Of a stretch of DNA of 64,000 nt, positions 1 to 10,960 are shown one piece after another. Numbering within the stretch: position 1 is the stretch's first letter; every line of letters starts with the position of its first letter. The notes beneath the pieces were generated by a model. That model ran no database searches. It was not told the origin of the DNA and saw only the letters and a program-made list of their open reading frames with translations. A program made the position numbers and the translations under genes. This stretch comes from Dehalococcoidia bacterium (GTDB taxonomy: Bacteria > Chloroflexota > Dehalococcoidia > Plut-88900): the NCBI GenBank assembly GCA_965207225.1, contig CBDBLV010000004.1, positions 839,397 to 903,396 of the forward strand. Reading direction: 5' to 3'.

Positions 1-227
1 TCGGTTGGAGAGTTCTCTGATCTCCATTGGTGGATTGCCCGTTCGTCTCCACACATGACGAATTCGTCCAGCAGTTGCTTTGTATGATCGAGTGATGATA
101 CGAGAGCTACGACTTGTCCTCGGCCTTGGTCCGGCTTTTGCGAGTCGGCGAAGAACTCCGATACTGGACGTTGGAATATCGTGGTGAGATAGATCTCTTT
201 TTCATGCTCCGTTAGCGCGGCGACCAT
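1..227 (-). CDS. Hypothetical protein, 5' part only (runs off window)
   Basis: ATG at 227 preceded by AGGAGA; open frame MVAALTEHEKEIYLTTIFQRPVSEFF... to the window edge. Confidence 0.5.
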   Translation of the reverse strand, partial: MVAALTEHEKEIYLTTIFQRPVSEFFADSQKPDQGRGQVVALVSSLDHTKQLLDEFVMCGDERAIHQWRSENSPT

Positions 228-559
228 ACGATGTCTCCTGTCCTCGATTTCCACCGGGCTTTGCAAGTCTGGTGAAATGTGGAATCTGGGATTCAGTATA
301 GCACGATGTGGAAGTTGTTGTTCGTTCGGGGCATGGGGTAAGCGTATGTGAGATATAATGGCGCCGTAGGAGGCGGCGGACATGAGACCGATCACACTAT
401 TGAATTACTTGTCGAGATGATCGCTCGGCAGGATGAGGCGTTGGCCGAACATACCGCCGATGAGCGCGATGCGGTCGATTGCCGGCCGGGACTGGATAAC
501 CGAAGCGATCAATGGCCTGCCGTCCTCTCATGCGGCTTGCTCAGACTAAAATGATGTTA

Positions 560-1441
560 GAGGGTGTCTGAAAAGGTATTTCATGCGGGTCGCGCCAGTC
601 TGCGCAGCATCAGCCTGACCATGGCAGCACATACAAGCGCCTCCTCTGTCTCTGGCAGGAACTCATAGTCCTTCGACAGCCGACGGTTGCGAACCAGCCA
701 CGCAAACGTACGCTCCACCACCCATCGCCTGGGCAACGCCACAAACCCCACCGGGCGAGTCGGCGGATCCTGGTCATCTCGTAGCCACACCCTCCCACTC
801 CACGGATGTCGAACCACCTCCAGATCCCACCCCAACTCGGCCCGCATCCACTCCTTCAGTCCCCTGTAAGCGCTGTCGGCCCATACCTTCGCCATTCTCG
901 GGAACACGCCTCGCAACTTCCCAAGCAGCAACTCCGCTCCCTTCCTGTCGCGCAATCCCGCCTCATGCGCCACCACCTTCATCGCTAAACCCCGTGTATC
1001 GACCAATATGCGCCTCTTTCGCCCATTTATCTTCTTGCCTCCGTCGTAGCTTCGAGGCCCCTTTTTTCCGTGATCCTCACCGACTGGCTGTCGATGATTG
1101 CCGCGCTCGGCGTGGGATCGCGCCCCTGCCTCATTCGCTCCCGCTCACGCAGATCCTGGTTGATCTCCTCCCACACCCCTTCCATCCGCCAGGCTCTGAA
1201 GTAGTGATAGACCGTCTTCCACGGTGGAAGATCATGCGGAAGCATCCGCCAGGATATTCCACCCCTCAGAACGTAGAAGATGGCGTTGAGCGCCTCTCTG
1301 GTATCTGACGAACGTGGCCTTCCACCGGACCTCGCCGGTGGAATCAGCGGCTTGATGATGGCCCACTCTTTGTCGGTCAGGTCTGTCGGGTAAGATAGAC
1401 GCTTCATAATGAGCCTATCCTACACCCTTTCAGACACCCTC
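560..1441 (-). mobile_element. IS5-family (IS1031-like) insertion sequence, complete
   Basis: TIRs GAGGGTGTCTGAAAAGG / CCCTTTCAGACACCCTC; TTA duplicated at 557-559 and 1442-1444. Confidence 0.92.
581..1407 (-). CDS. IS5-family transposase in two frames (likely programmed frameshift)
   Basis: [14 protein letters not shown]...[18 protein letters not shown]...IIDSQSV; ORF B WADSAY...[12 protein letters not shown]; AAAAAAG slippery motif near 1060-1068. Confidence 0.9.
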
Positions 1442-1456
1442 TTATCCACAAAAAGC

Positions 1457-2605
1457 CTAGCCTATGGATGCCCTTGCCTTTCTGACGATGTAGTCTATGG
1501 CACCAGCAGTCTCTTGCCTGCGACCGTATAAAGTCCCATCCGGTGCCACCAACCCGGCATTCACCAGCAACGATCCAGCGTTATATCCGGGCCTAAGTGA
1601 TGAGGATCGCAGGAAATCCGCCAAAGGCTGCCAGTCGTCTGTCCCCCAAGACCGGTAACAGCCTGCCAGTATCCTGAACACACTTATGTTGTATGCGAGA
1701 GTAGACGAACGTAGTTGGGGAATTTCCGAGTCTTGGACATCTCCAGAGACCAATTGCTGATATTCCTTACGAGCAGCAACCATGAATTCATCTGCCCAAT
1801 GCAGACTGCGCTTGTACAGATCTTCCAAGTTCAGCATATACGAATCATTGAGGTCTCTGCTGACACGCCTCCCGGATCCTACCTCCATGGTTTTCAGGGT
1901 GGTTGCCAGCTGATTGATTGCGATTATGTTCTGGCTGGCTCTTGGGACACTGGACCTCTCCATATCGACTCGGCCGGCGAATAATTTGCTGTTTTCGGAG
2001 AGCCACATCGCAGCCAGATTGAAGGCGTCTCTCTGATCGAATCTGGTAACGGTGTGCGCCTCAATTCGTTTTGTTTGCGACGCATCTACGAACATTTGCC
2101 TCAATGTCTTGATTTCGTCCTCGGCGTATAGGACTATGGTCATTGATGCCCTTCTCAATGTATCTAGTTTGTCGGCGTTGCGGTCATCATCCAAGTTGGA
2201 TAGGTCATACAGTACGTCCTGTATCGCGCGGCGACGATGCTGACCGTCAAATATTCTCAGGGTGTTTGTCCTGTTAGTGAGAATTCGCAGTTCGCCGAAA
2301 TCTGGGTATTCATCCGAATCATAGGGATCGAACTCTACGGCGTTGGGCGCAACCCCAAGCATCAATGCGCCGAGCAGCCAGTTATCTTTCTCGTCAAGAT
2401 ATCTCTGAATGTTCTTTGCATGGCTCGGCGTAAGACGGCGATTGGCTTCTCTGACTATGTTGTCTTCCACACGCTGAGGCAGTAGCCCATCGAGTGTCTG
2501 AAGATCGAGCGCGAAGTAGTACACGTCGCGACCTCCCTGACGGAACCGATGGGATGGAATACGCAGGCTATACTGGTTGCTTACTTCAGGTATCACCAAT
2601 GCCAT
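1457..2605 (-). CDS. DGQHR-domain protein (DndB/DpdB-like, ParB-like fold)
   Basis: FDGQHR motif, N-terminal QGGR..Y and ANR.L...H motifs; AGGAGG RBS. Confidence 0.85.
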   Translation of the reverse strand: MALVIPEVSNQYSLRIPSHRFRQGGRDVYYFALDLQTLDGLLPQRVEDNIVREANRRLTPSHAKNIQRYLDEKDNWLLGALMLGVAPNAVEFDPYDSDEYPDFGELRILTNRTNTLRIFDGQHRRRAIQDVLYDLSNLDDDRNADKLDTLRRASMTIVLYAEDEIKTLRQMFVDASQTKRIEAHTVTRFDQRDAFNLAAMWLSENSKLFAGRVDMERSSVPRASQNIIAINQLATTLKTMEVGSGRRVSRDLNDSYMLNLEDLYKRSLHWADEFMVAARKEYQQLVSGDVQDSEIPQLRSSTLAYNISVFRILAGCYRSWGTDDWQPLADFLRSSSLRPGYNAGSLLVNAGLVAPDGTLYGRRQETAGAIDYIVRKARASIG

Positions 2606-2653
2606 CTGAGAACCTCCTTGAATGTTATTTCCAAAGGGCTTGCAATTCTGTAC

Positions 2654-4237
2654 TTAGTTTCGACCGGCTACTCCCCTTGCCTCACTTACTATGTAGTCGA
2701 TCGCTTGAACCACCAAGCGTTGCTGCGCATCTGGCGAAGTACCGCCAGGAGCTACCACACCAGCATCTACCAATAGAGCGTTTGTGCGGCTACGCGGCTT
2801 TAGTGAAGCATCGCGAAGAAATGACGCCAAGTGTTCCCAGTCAGAACTGCTCTTTGACCATTCGTGATGACATCCTGCGAGAATCCTGATGACAGTGGCG
2901 TTGTACGCCATAGTTTTAGTACGCATCTGGGGAAGGTCTGAGTTATCGATTTCACCGGCCATGAGGTTGTTGTATTCGCCCCTCGCGGCGGGCATGAAGT
3001 CGTCTGCCCAATCCAGACACCGTTCATATAGAGAATCCAAGTCAAGCATGTAGGTTTCGTTAAGATTCTTGCTGACCCTGCCTCGGTATCCGACCTCCAG
3101 GGTTTTTAGGGTAATCGCCAACTGGTTGATAGCGATTATGTTGTGGCTGTTTCTGGGAACTGACGCTCTCTCCATCTCGACACGACCTGCAAACAGGTCG
3201 CTGTTTTCGGCAATCCAGAGCGCAGCCAAGTTGAACGCATCCCGCTGGTCGAATCTGACGACTGCATTTTTCTCTATGGGTCTGGTCTGAGCTGCATCTG
3301 CGAACATTTGACGCAGGGCTTCTATGCTGTCCTCAGCATAGAGCATAATGGGCAATGAAGACTTTTTCAGAGAAGACAGCTTCCCGAAGTACGCGCGATT
3401 ATGGGAAAGTTCTTCCAACGCATCCTTGATTGCACGCCGTCTGTGCTGGCCGTCGAACATTTTCATAGAAGCGGCATCATCTCGAGAGATTGAGAGTTCT
3501 CCCACAGAGAGGTTGCCAGAGTATGGACGAAATTGCACAGCATCCGGAGAAACTCCCAACAGCAGCGTTCCCAACAGCCAATCGTCTCGATCCTCCAGGT
3601 AATCCTGGATTTTCTTGGCATGGCTTGGCGTCAATGGGCGATTGGCGTCTCTAACCATTCTGTCATCTATCCGGTCGGGTAGAAGGTCGTTCATAGTTTC
3701 TAGGTCCAAGGCGAATGCGTACACATCGCGTCCGCCCTGCTGGAACCTGTGAGCAGGCATCTTGAAAGGCATCAGCGCCTCCTTGAGGTTTTCCACAGCC
3801 AAGCCATGTTCGGACTCGTTGATCTCCGAGAGCGCCTTACCGATATCGGTCAAGCCGGACGTAGCGCACACAAGGTCAATGTCATGCTCGGGAGGGTGCG
3901 ATACCTCGTTGCGCGCTTTGGTGATCGCGTACATGGTATCCAACGGTCTCGCGCCCGGCGCGAAGGAATTTTGGAACACGTCCCGCCAGTACTTCTTGAT
4001 GATCTGAGGGAAGTCGCCGATGTCTATTGATTCTGCGACGCTTCGACCAGCGCGTCGGTTCTGTATGAACTGATTGTACTGGTCGTCCCGGAGCGCAGAG
4101 CCTACTAGCTCCTCTACCTCTTTGCCCAAGATGCGCTTGAGGTGTCGGATGATGAAAGGTCTCATTGCGTCTCGGTAAATGTCCAGTCCATCGGTTAGTG
4201 CTTTCTTGTTTGGACGGTCAATCGCTATCACTGCCAT
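2654..4237 (-). CDS. Swt1-like HEPN domain fused to a DGQHR domain
   Basis: N-terminal helical domain with D..DF..II...W..VF and RNEVSH (R-x4-H); C-terminal FDGQHR domain paralogous to 1457-2605; GGAGG before ATG 4237. Confidence 0.8.
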   Translation of the reverse strand: MAVIAIDRPNKKALTDGLDIYRDAMRPFIIRHLKRILGKEVEELVGSALRDDQYNQFIQNRRAGRSVAESIDIGDFPQIIKKYWRDVFQNSFAPGARPLDTMYAITKARNEVSHPPEHDIDLVCATSGLTDIGKALSEINESEHGLAVENLKEALMPFKMPAHRFQQGGRDVYAFALDLETMNDLLPDRIDDRMVRDANRPLTPSHAKKIQDYLEDRDDWLLGTLLLGVSPDAVQFRPYSGNLSVGELSISRDDAASMKMFDGQHRRRAIKDALEELSHNRAYFGKLSSLKKSSLPIMLYAEDSIEALRQMFADAAQTRPIEKNAVVRFDQRDAFNLAALWIAENSDLFAGRVEMERASVPRNSHNIIAINQLAITLKTLEVGYRGRVSKNLNETYMLDLDSLYERCLDWADDFMPAARGEYNNLMAGEIDNSDLPQMRTKTMAYNATVIRILAGCHHEWSKSSSDWEHLASFLRDASLKPRSRTNALLVDAGVVAPGGTSPDAQQRLVVQAIDYIVSEARGVAGRN

Positions 4238-4327
4238 ATGGGATGACCTCCACATCGATTCCTGAGAGCCATGCATGGGCAATCTGCCAGATCAGCACTT
4301 GCCCCGAAGCAAAATTTACAGCACATC

Positions 4328-4358
4328 TAAAATAACATATTATTTTACGTCTTGTCAA
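4328..4358 (-). promoter_or_regulatory. Putative sigma70 promoter with overlapping palindromic operator
   Basis: TTGACA (4358-4353) followed by palindrome TAAAATAA-n4-TTATTTTA (4328-4347), upstream of the HEPN-DGQHR operon. Confidence 0.55.
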
Positions 4359-4375
4359 GCATGTAAGATAACAGC

Positions 4376-5313
4376 GGTCGCCCGATAGGTGGTGTGCGAG
4401 TTTGGGATGAATTCGAGATGGGGGCGCCCCCTCCAGACGGGCGACAGCCGGCTACGCCGCCATCAGCTCTGTAGCATCGAGTCTGTGCCCGCTCCACATC
4501 CACTGCGCCAGCCCCAATCCGTTCATCATCCCAGATTCGCTCTTGTACCCCCTCGCCGTCTTGTGCCTGACTTTGCCGCTGCATATCGCCCGTTCCGTGC
4601 TCTTCGACCGCCGGCTTGTACGTCGAAAGATGTCGTTCGCCGCCGACCCCACGCCGAACTTGCTCATGCACCCGCTCAACCACTCCACAAAAGCCGCCGG
4701 ATCTCGCCTCGTCAGAACGTCCATACCCAGAAGTTGACCGCTTTCGGCGTTAGCAACGAAGCCGACCACCGCCTCCTCGCCCCGCAGCTTCATGAAAGTC
4801 TCGTCCGCTCCGATCACTCGAACCCTGCCTGGCGCCGAGCGCGCCAAGCCCGACAGGGCGCTTGTCCCCGCTTCCCGCGCCGCTCGCCACACGCTCATCC
4901 TAGACATGTCGCATCCCAGGGCGGTCAGCGTGTGGGTTGCGGACCTAAGCGACAGTCCCAGCGCCCAGCTCAGCGCGGCGAACGTGAGCCTTTGGCTCTG
5001 GTCGCGCCGGTCCACGCCTTGCGGGTAGTGTCTGAATGCGCGTCCGCAGTCCGCACACAGGAATCTCAGCGCCATGACCGCGTCGACTCGGATGTCCTCG
5101 ATGGGCTGTTGGACTTCGCCGTGCTCGCGTAGGACGCCGCAGCCGCATCGAGGACATTTCGACGGTCGACAATCCGGCCGGATCTTGACCTGTGGGAGCG
5201 TGAATCGTACCCTTGGCATCGCCGGGGAACCTCCGGGAATTGTTTGTTGAGTATCAGCACCCTACCAGGTTCCCCAACCCTTTTCTTCAAACACCGCCTA
5301 TGGGACGATTACG
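4376..5313 (-). mobile_element. Degenerate IS (IS1/IS6-like DDE transposase with Zn ribbon), pseudogene 4452-5219
   Basis: CxxC...CxxC, HTH, GADET first catalytic Asp; internal deletion; weak terminal IRs; homologous to the copy at 10280. Confidence 0.65.
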
Positions 5314-5380
5314 TGTTGTCTACCGTCGCGCCCTGTGACACTCAATCCGGCGAGACTCCGGCCCTTGCGCGACCGTCGGC

Positions 5381-5917
5381 TCAGGCGTCGCTGTTGGTGG
5401 AACGGGTGTCGTGATGGGGGATTCTGAAGCATCGGCTGGTCATGCCCGGGATGTCCCACATGAATCCGACCAAGCCAAGCAGGATCGACACATCCGCCAC
5501 GTTGAAGATGAACCATGGGACAATGTCGATGAAGTCCGTCACGTGTCCCAAGACCAGCCGGTCGATGAGATTGCCAGTGGCGCCGGCGAGCATCAGGCCA
5601 AACGTAACCTGCGTCCGCGCTCCAGTTCTGGCCTGTGACCAGTAGAGCGTGAACAGCAGGCAGATGCCCGTGGCGGAAATGGTGATGATCGCCAAAGTAT
5701 GGCCGCTGAAAAGGTCGAGAGTATTGCCCATGTTCGCCACATGTGTGAATCGGAACAGGCCACCCGCTGACCACGAATCGCCAATCGCCAGCGTCCAGAT
5801 GATGAGTACTTTAGATACCTGGTCCAGCGCCAGGGCCGCAAGTGCGGTGGACATACCGATCCGGTGAGGCAAGACAAAGGTAGTAAGGCGCGTTAGAAGT
5901 GTAACTTGTCGGTGCAT
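5381..5917 (-). CDS. lspA: Lipoprotein signal peptidase II (start uncertain)
   Basis: DQxSK, NxG, GNLIDR, VTDFI, FNVAD motifs with hydrophobic segments. Confidence 0.88.
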   Translation of the reverse strand: MHRQVTLLTRLTTFVLPHRIGMSTALAALALDQVSKVLIIWTLAIGDSWSAGGLFRFTHVANMGNTLDLFSGHTLAIITISATGICLLFTLYWSQARTGARTQVTFGLMLAGATGNLIDRLVLGHVTDFIDIVPWFIFNVADVSILLGLVGFMWDIPGMTSRCFRIPHHDTRSTNSDA

Positions 5918-5992
5918 GACATTCACTGACGTGAAGGGCGCGGGCAAGGAGTATCCTCGGTCTGCGCCCAGACACACTGGTCGTTGTGGGAG

Positions 5993-6448
5993 TCATTGCA
6001 GGTATGGGGCGGCAGTCTTGCCACCAACGTATGCGCTCACGCCTATCACCTCTCCGGTCTTGGCATCCAGCGCGAACGTGATGTTGTCGTAGGTCTGACC
6101 ACCGGCGCCCGGCAGGGACAACATCACGTCGCCCTCAAACGCCACCACCCAGACTCGTCGATCAGGGTTGAGTCCAACCCCGCTCGCATCCGGACCTGCT
6201 TCGCCGGTTCCGTTCGATGAAACCCTTGTGTAGTCAGCAAGATTGGTTAGCGTGGTCGTCACCCTGGCAGGGACACCGACGAGACCCGCAAACTGGGCCT
6301 CCGACAATCCTTTGGTCTGCGCTTCGTTGGCATTCATGACGCTGCTCTGGTTGGGATTAGCCGCGAAAGTGAAGATAAGGGACGCGATAATCCCAAGAAC
6401 CACCAGTACGATCAAACCTCCGAATATAAATGGTTTTCTTGCCGTCAT
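5993..6448 (-). CDS. Membrane-anchored exported protein with PepSY-like C-terminus
   Basis: N-terminal TM helix; VWVVAF...FALDAKTGEVI; GGAGG RBS. Confidence 0.6.
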   Translation of the reverse strand: MTARKPFIFGGLIVLVVLGIIASLIFTFAANPNQSSVMNANEAQTKGLSEAQFAGLVGVPARVTTTLTNLADYTRVSSNGTGEAGPDASGVGLNPDRRVWVVAFEGDVMLSLPGAGGQTYDNITFALDAKTGEVIGVSAYVGGKTAAPYLQ

Positions 6449-6476
6449 GGCAATACCTCCACGGTTTCTGTGTCGT

Positions 6477-6926
6477 TTACTCGTTGCCTGTTGCCCGGAA
6501 ATTATTTCCGTCGATGTTCACGGTCGTGTACGGAGCATCTTCGCGGTGGACGATATGCCCATTCCATGACCGATGGACCCAGCCACCGCCGCTCCACACC
6601 TGATATTTCAGCCCCCCACTGCCGCCGTCGCCGCACCTGGTGTTGCCCATTCCCTCGACGCCGGTTGCAACTTCCCCGCCGCAGAATACACGGTCGCCCT
6701 GTGCGAAACTGAGATTGTCGGAGTGAATATGCTGGCCGTCATAAAACCAGTGATACTTCGCCGACTGCCGGTCGTACTGGTTTGAGAACGAGTGGGTGGA
6801 GCCTGAATCATAGGAGAATTCCCTTGTATGATAGTCTGGGTTTTCCCAGACTATTAGACCCTTAAATGTCCCGTTGGACTTCTTCCACCAACCGATCTCA
6901 CCATATCGCCGCGGGCTGGTCTGCAT
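6477..6926 (-). pseudogene. N-terminally truncated beta-rich protein, neprosin-like glutamic peptidase motifs
   Basis: GEIGW and CGGEV motifs; no signal peptide; in-frame stop just upstream of WSYNRVGV. Confidence 0.4.
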
Positions 6927-7317
6927 GACCCCGACGCGGTTGTAGGACCATTATAGCGATAATCCGAGAAATTCCATTTGGCGCATTCAAATCCACCGAG
7001 TGTCAGGGAATCATAAGAAGGCAGTGGCCGAGTCATGCGCTCGGCTACATGGACGGACCACAGTCTGGACAATCAGTCCTGACAGATATTTGGCCCATGC
7101 TGAAGGCGTGGGGCGTAAGAATGACGGGCACCCAGCCCAGACGCTATGAAATGACCGATGCCGCCAAGACGACGGTGAGATGAACTCGTCCCCTTGCCCT
7201 CACACCAACCCAGCCCGCCTGGTAGACTCCGCGCTCTTGATGTACCTACTCCGTAGCCGCTCCACGTCATCGCGGACGCGCCCGGCAGTTTCGGCGCGCG
7301 TTGCTGTCAGCATCACA

Positions 7318-8751
7318 CTAGTACTACAGTCGCAGATGATCATGGAGATGCTGGAGTCGGCGTTGGTAGTGGCAACGGCGGGCCCGGGCCTGGTGGCGTC
7401 GTCTCCAGCGGGACCAGGCTAACGCCAATTCGGGCGACCCCCTGGGCTGCCAGATCAATCGGCACAGCAGTCGTCGCACCTCGGGAACCGTGAACGGTAT
7501 CAGTCTTTGATCCCGACCCGCGTCTCCCCCTTTTTGACTTCTGGGCAGGCGTTAGCCCGTAGCCGCACTACCGCCAGGAAGGCATGGGCCAGCATGGCCA
7601 AGGTGACGTGCCGGTACCATCCCTCCCATCTGCGCACTTCATACTGGTCCAGGCCCACCTGACCCTTGGCTTCCTCAAAACATTCTTCAATGGTCCACCG
7701 AGTTCCCACCACTTGCGCCAGTTCCTTCAGAGTCGTCTCCCCAGGGCCGTAGCAGACGTAATAGGCCAGCTCTTCAGGCTGAGCTATGCTGCGGCGGACC
7801 AGCAGCCAGTACCCCTTGCCTGGTTCCCGCAAAGGACGGATAGCAACCCAGGTCCAGTCGTAAATCCTAGGTCCCTTGGCCCCGTCCCCAGCGCTCAACC
7901 GGACCCAGTCCGCTTCTTCCACTTGGGACGCCAACCGGTCCGCACGCGCCTGGCTGTACCCTTCCTCCGTCCATGCCCACAGCTTCTCGTTGCTCTTGAT
8001 AGCCAGCGCGTGGGATATCTCTCGCTCCTCCAGCCATCGCCGCAGCCTGCGGTCGCTGCCGTACACCGTGTCTCCGGCAAACCACCGGAAGGGGATGCCC
8101 CCTTCTGCCGCACGCTCCACATTTTCCGGGCCAGTTGCGGCTTGGTCTGGAACCTTACCCCCTCCGGCGCTCCCGCCTCATGGCGCCGCTCCCAATCCTC
8201 TGACCATACCTGGGGCAAGTACAGCTCGCGATCCAACAGAACCCTGCCCTGGGCGGTAGCGTAGGTCAGGAATACTCCTACCTGGCAGTTCTCTATTCGC
8301 CCCGCCGTCCCACTGTACTGACGTTGCACCCCCGCCGACTTGCTTCCCTTCTTCAGGAATCCCGTCTCGTCCGCCACCAGCGCCCCGCAAGCGTCTCCCA
8401 GATACTCCACTACGTAGTCCCTGAGATCGTCTCGAACCAGCCCAGCGTCCCATACATAGTTGTACAGCAGGCGCTGCACTCCATCGGGCGTGGCATCCCC
8501 CGCCTGCTCCGCCAACTGCCATCCGTTCTTGCGCTCCACGGGACTGAGCAGCCCTTTCAGGTAGGCCAGTGCCCGCCAGCGGGGTTCCGAACGGTAGAAC
8601 CGTGCCCCAATGCGCCGGTGGAGGTCCTCAATCCCTTTGGCCCACTGCGCCACTTCCAACACCTCAACCATCTCTCCAAACAACTCCTCTCCTCACCAAT
8701 TATCTGAAGTAACCCTATTCTACTTGAACTTATCTGCGACTGTAGTACTAG
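7318..8751 (-). mobile_element. IS701-family IS, transposase frameshifted
   Basis: Inverted ends CTAGTACTACAGTCGCAGAT / ATCTGCGACTGTAGTACTAG; [40 protein letters not shown]; frameshift near 8120. Confidence 0.9.
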
Positions 8752-9607
8752 GGCGTGTCGTCAAATTCGTGAGATGGTGTTAGCCTAGGCGCGTAAAGTT
8801 ATACAGCCCGAGGGGAAATGTGTCCACCATGACAAGAGCGCCCGCCCACCGCCGCCACGATATATCCGACAGAGTCTGGAACATCCTCGATCCGCTGCTG
8901 CCTGGGCGCAAAGGCAGCTTGGGACGTCCTGCCCAAGACAACCGCCGCTTCATCAACGCGGTGTTCTGGATAATCCGCACAGGCGCGCCTTGGAGAGACC
9001 TTCCGCCTGACTACGGCGACTGGAAGAATACCCACCGTCGCTACAGCCGTTGGCGGGATAGAGGTGTGTGGGAGGAGATACTGGATGCGCTGATGGACGA
9101 ACCAGACTTTGAATGGCTGATGATTGACGCCAGTTATGTGAAAGTCCACGCACACGGCACAGGAGCGGAGGGTGGCAGTGAGGCTATCGGTCGCACAAAG
9201 GGGGTTGAACAGCAAGTTGCGCTTGGCGGTGGACGCACACGGTCTGCCAGTAAGGATGCTGGTCACTGCGGGTACGGTGGCGGACAGCAGCGAGGCGTTG
9301 GCGTTGATAGAGGGCATAGAAGCGGAACATCTGCTGGCGGACAAAGGATATGACAGCAATGCTATCGTGGAGGGAGCGTTGGAGCGTGGGATGAATCCTG
9401 TGATACCGCCCCGTAGGAACCGGCGTGAGCAGAGAGGATATGACCGTTATCTGTACCGGTTGCGGCATTTGGTGGAGAATGGGTTCTGTGAGTTCAAGGG
9501 ATGGCGAGGGATAGCGACCCGGTATGCGAAGAAGGTGTCATCATATTTGGCAAACTGCCAGATTAGGGCAATACTCATATGGGCTAAAATCATTTGACGA
9601 CACACCC
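8751..9607 (+). mobile_element. IS5-family (IS427-like) IS; two-frame transposase 8829-9597
   Basis: TIRs GGGCGTGTCGTCAAA / TTTGACGACACACCC, TA on both sides; RTGAPWRDLP, IDAS, ADKGYD, RHLVEN, RGIATRY. Confidence 0.9.
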
Positions 9608-10205
9608 TAACAGCGTCGTCTCCTAAGTTGCGGACCGCTTTCGGTACGCTCTGCTCGTAGAGGCGACGCGCCACTTCGGGGGAGCGGAAGCCCAGGCCGC
9701 GCCCCCGAAGTCCGCGCGTCTGAAACAGGCGTCGCGTCTGCGGGGATAGATTATTCCACCCGCCAGTCGAGTTAGTGATGACTCCGCTCACCGGACGCGC
9801 CGCCATCCCACTTGCGACGGAGCCAGTGTCCGAACCGGCCCCGTCGTTGATGCCGTTCACGACTTCCAATTCGGTTTCAGGCCATGCGTAGATCTTCTGG
9901 GCGACAACGCTAGCGCCCTTAGATATCGTCTTGTCGCAGTAGCCGCACCGGACGTCATCTCGAGTCTTTTCCCGGGATGTGTACCAGTGATTGAGCCTCC
10001 GGGTGTAGCAGGCGCGGGATCTAAGTCCTTGCTTGCGTGTCTTCGCTTTGCACTCGGCGCACTCGATACAGGAATTCTCGTATTTGCGTCGCAGGAAGTC
10101 ATCAGGCATCGCTGGAGGCATTTGCGATAGGCATCGGGATCCCACAGAGATCATGTGACTGCACTCCGTACAGCGGATGTCTTCCTCTGCGATTACTTGC
10201 CACAT
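9608..10205 (-). pseudogene. Cys-rich (multiple CxxC) protein truncated by the IS5 element
   Basis: AAGGA RBS; CTEC, CIECAEC, CGYC; frame runs into the IS end at 9607. Confidence 0.6.
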
Positions 10206-10279
10206 GTCTGTTCCTTGTCAGAATCGGAATGTACGAATCATACCATATTCGGATGTGATGTAGGAGTCCCCACCTAGAC

Positions 10280-10960
10280 GGTAACCGTCCCATAAGCAGT
10301 TGTTGAAGAAAAGAGTTGGGGAACCTGATAGGGTGTTGACACTCAACAAACAACTCCCGGAGGTTCCCCAGCCGATGCCAAGGGTACGACTCACGCTCCC
10401 ACAGATCAAGACCCGACCGGATTGTCGACCGAAGAAATGTCCACACTGCGGCTGCGGAGTCCTGCGCAAACACAGCGAGATCCCAAAGGCCCATCCAGAA
10501 CTTCAGATTCCTGTGTACGGACTGCGGACGCGTGTTCAGACACTACCCCAAAGGTGTGGACAGACACACTCAGAGCAGGAGGCTTAGGGCGTTCGCCGCG
10601 CTGAGCTGGGCGTTGGGACTGCCGCTGAGGTCCGCAACCCACATCCTTGCCGCCCTCGGATGCGGCGTGTCGAGGATGAGTGTGTGGCGAGCCGTCCAGG
10701 AAGCGGGGGCGAACGCGCTAGCGGGTTTGCGCCGCGCCGCGCCCGGCAGCGTTCGAGTGATGGAAGCGGATGAGACGTATGTGAATCTCAAGGGGGAGAA
10801 GATCGTGGTCGGCGTGGTGGTGGACGCCGAGAGCGGTCGGTTTGTGGGGATGGACGTTCTTTCCAATCAGGATACGGCGGCGTTTCTGGAGTGGCTGGAA
10901 GGGTACGCGCGCGAGTTCGGCGTCCAGACGCTGGTGACCGACGATCTTGCGACGTACAAG
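10280..10960 (+). mobile_element. Second, truncated and frameshifted copy of the IS1/IS6-like element
   Basis: MPRVRLTLPQIK..., FRHYPKGVDR, EADETY, LVTDD; left end shared with 5220-5313. Confidence 0.7.

Noticed and set aside
1457-4237. Phosphorothioation (dnd) cluster
   Set aside because: Only DndB-like domains are present; no DndC/D/E or cysteine desulfurase in the window
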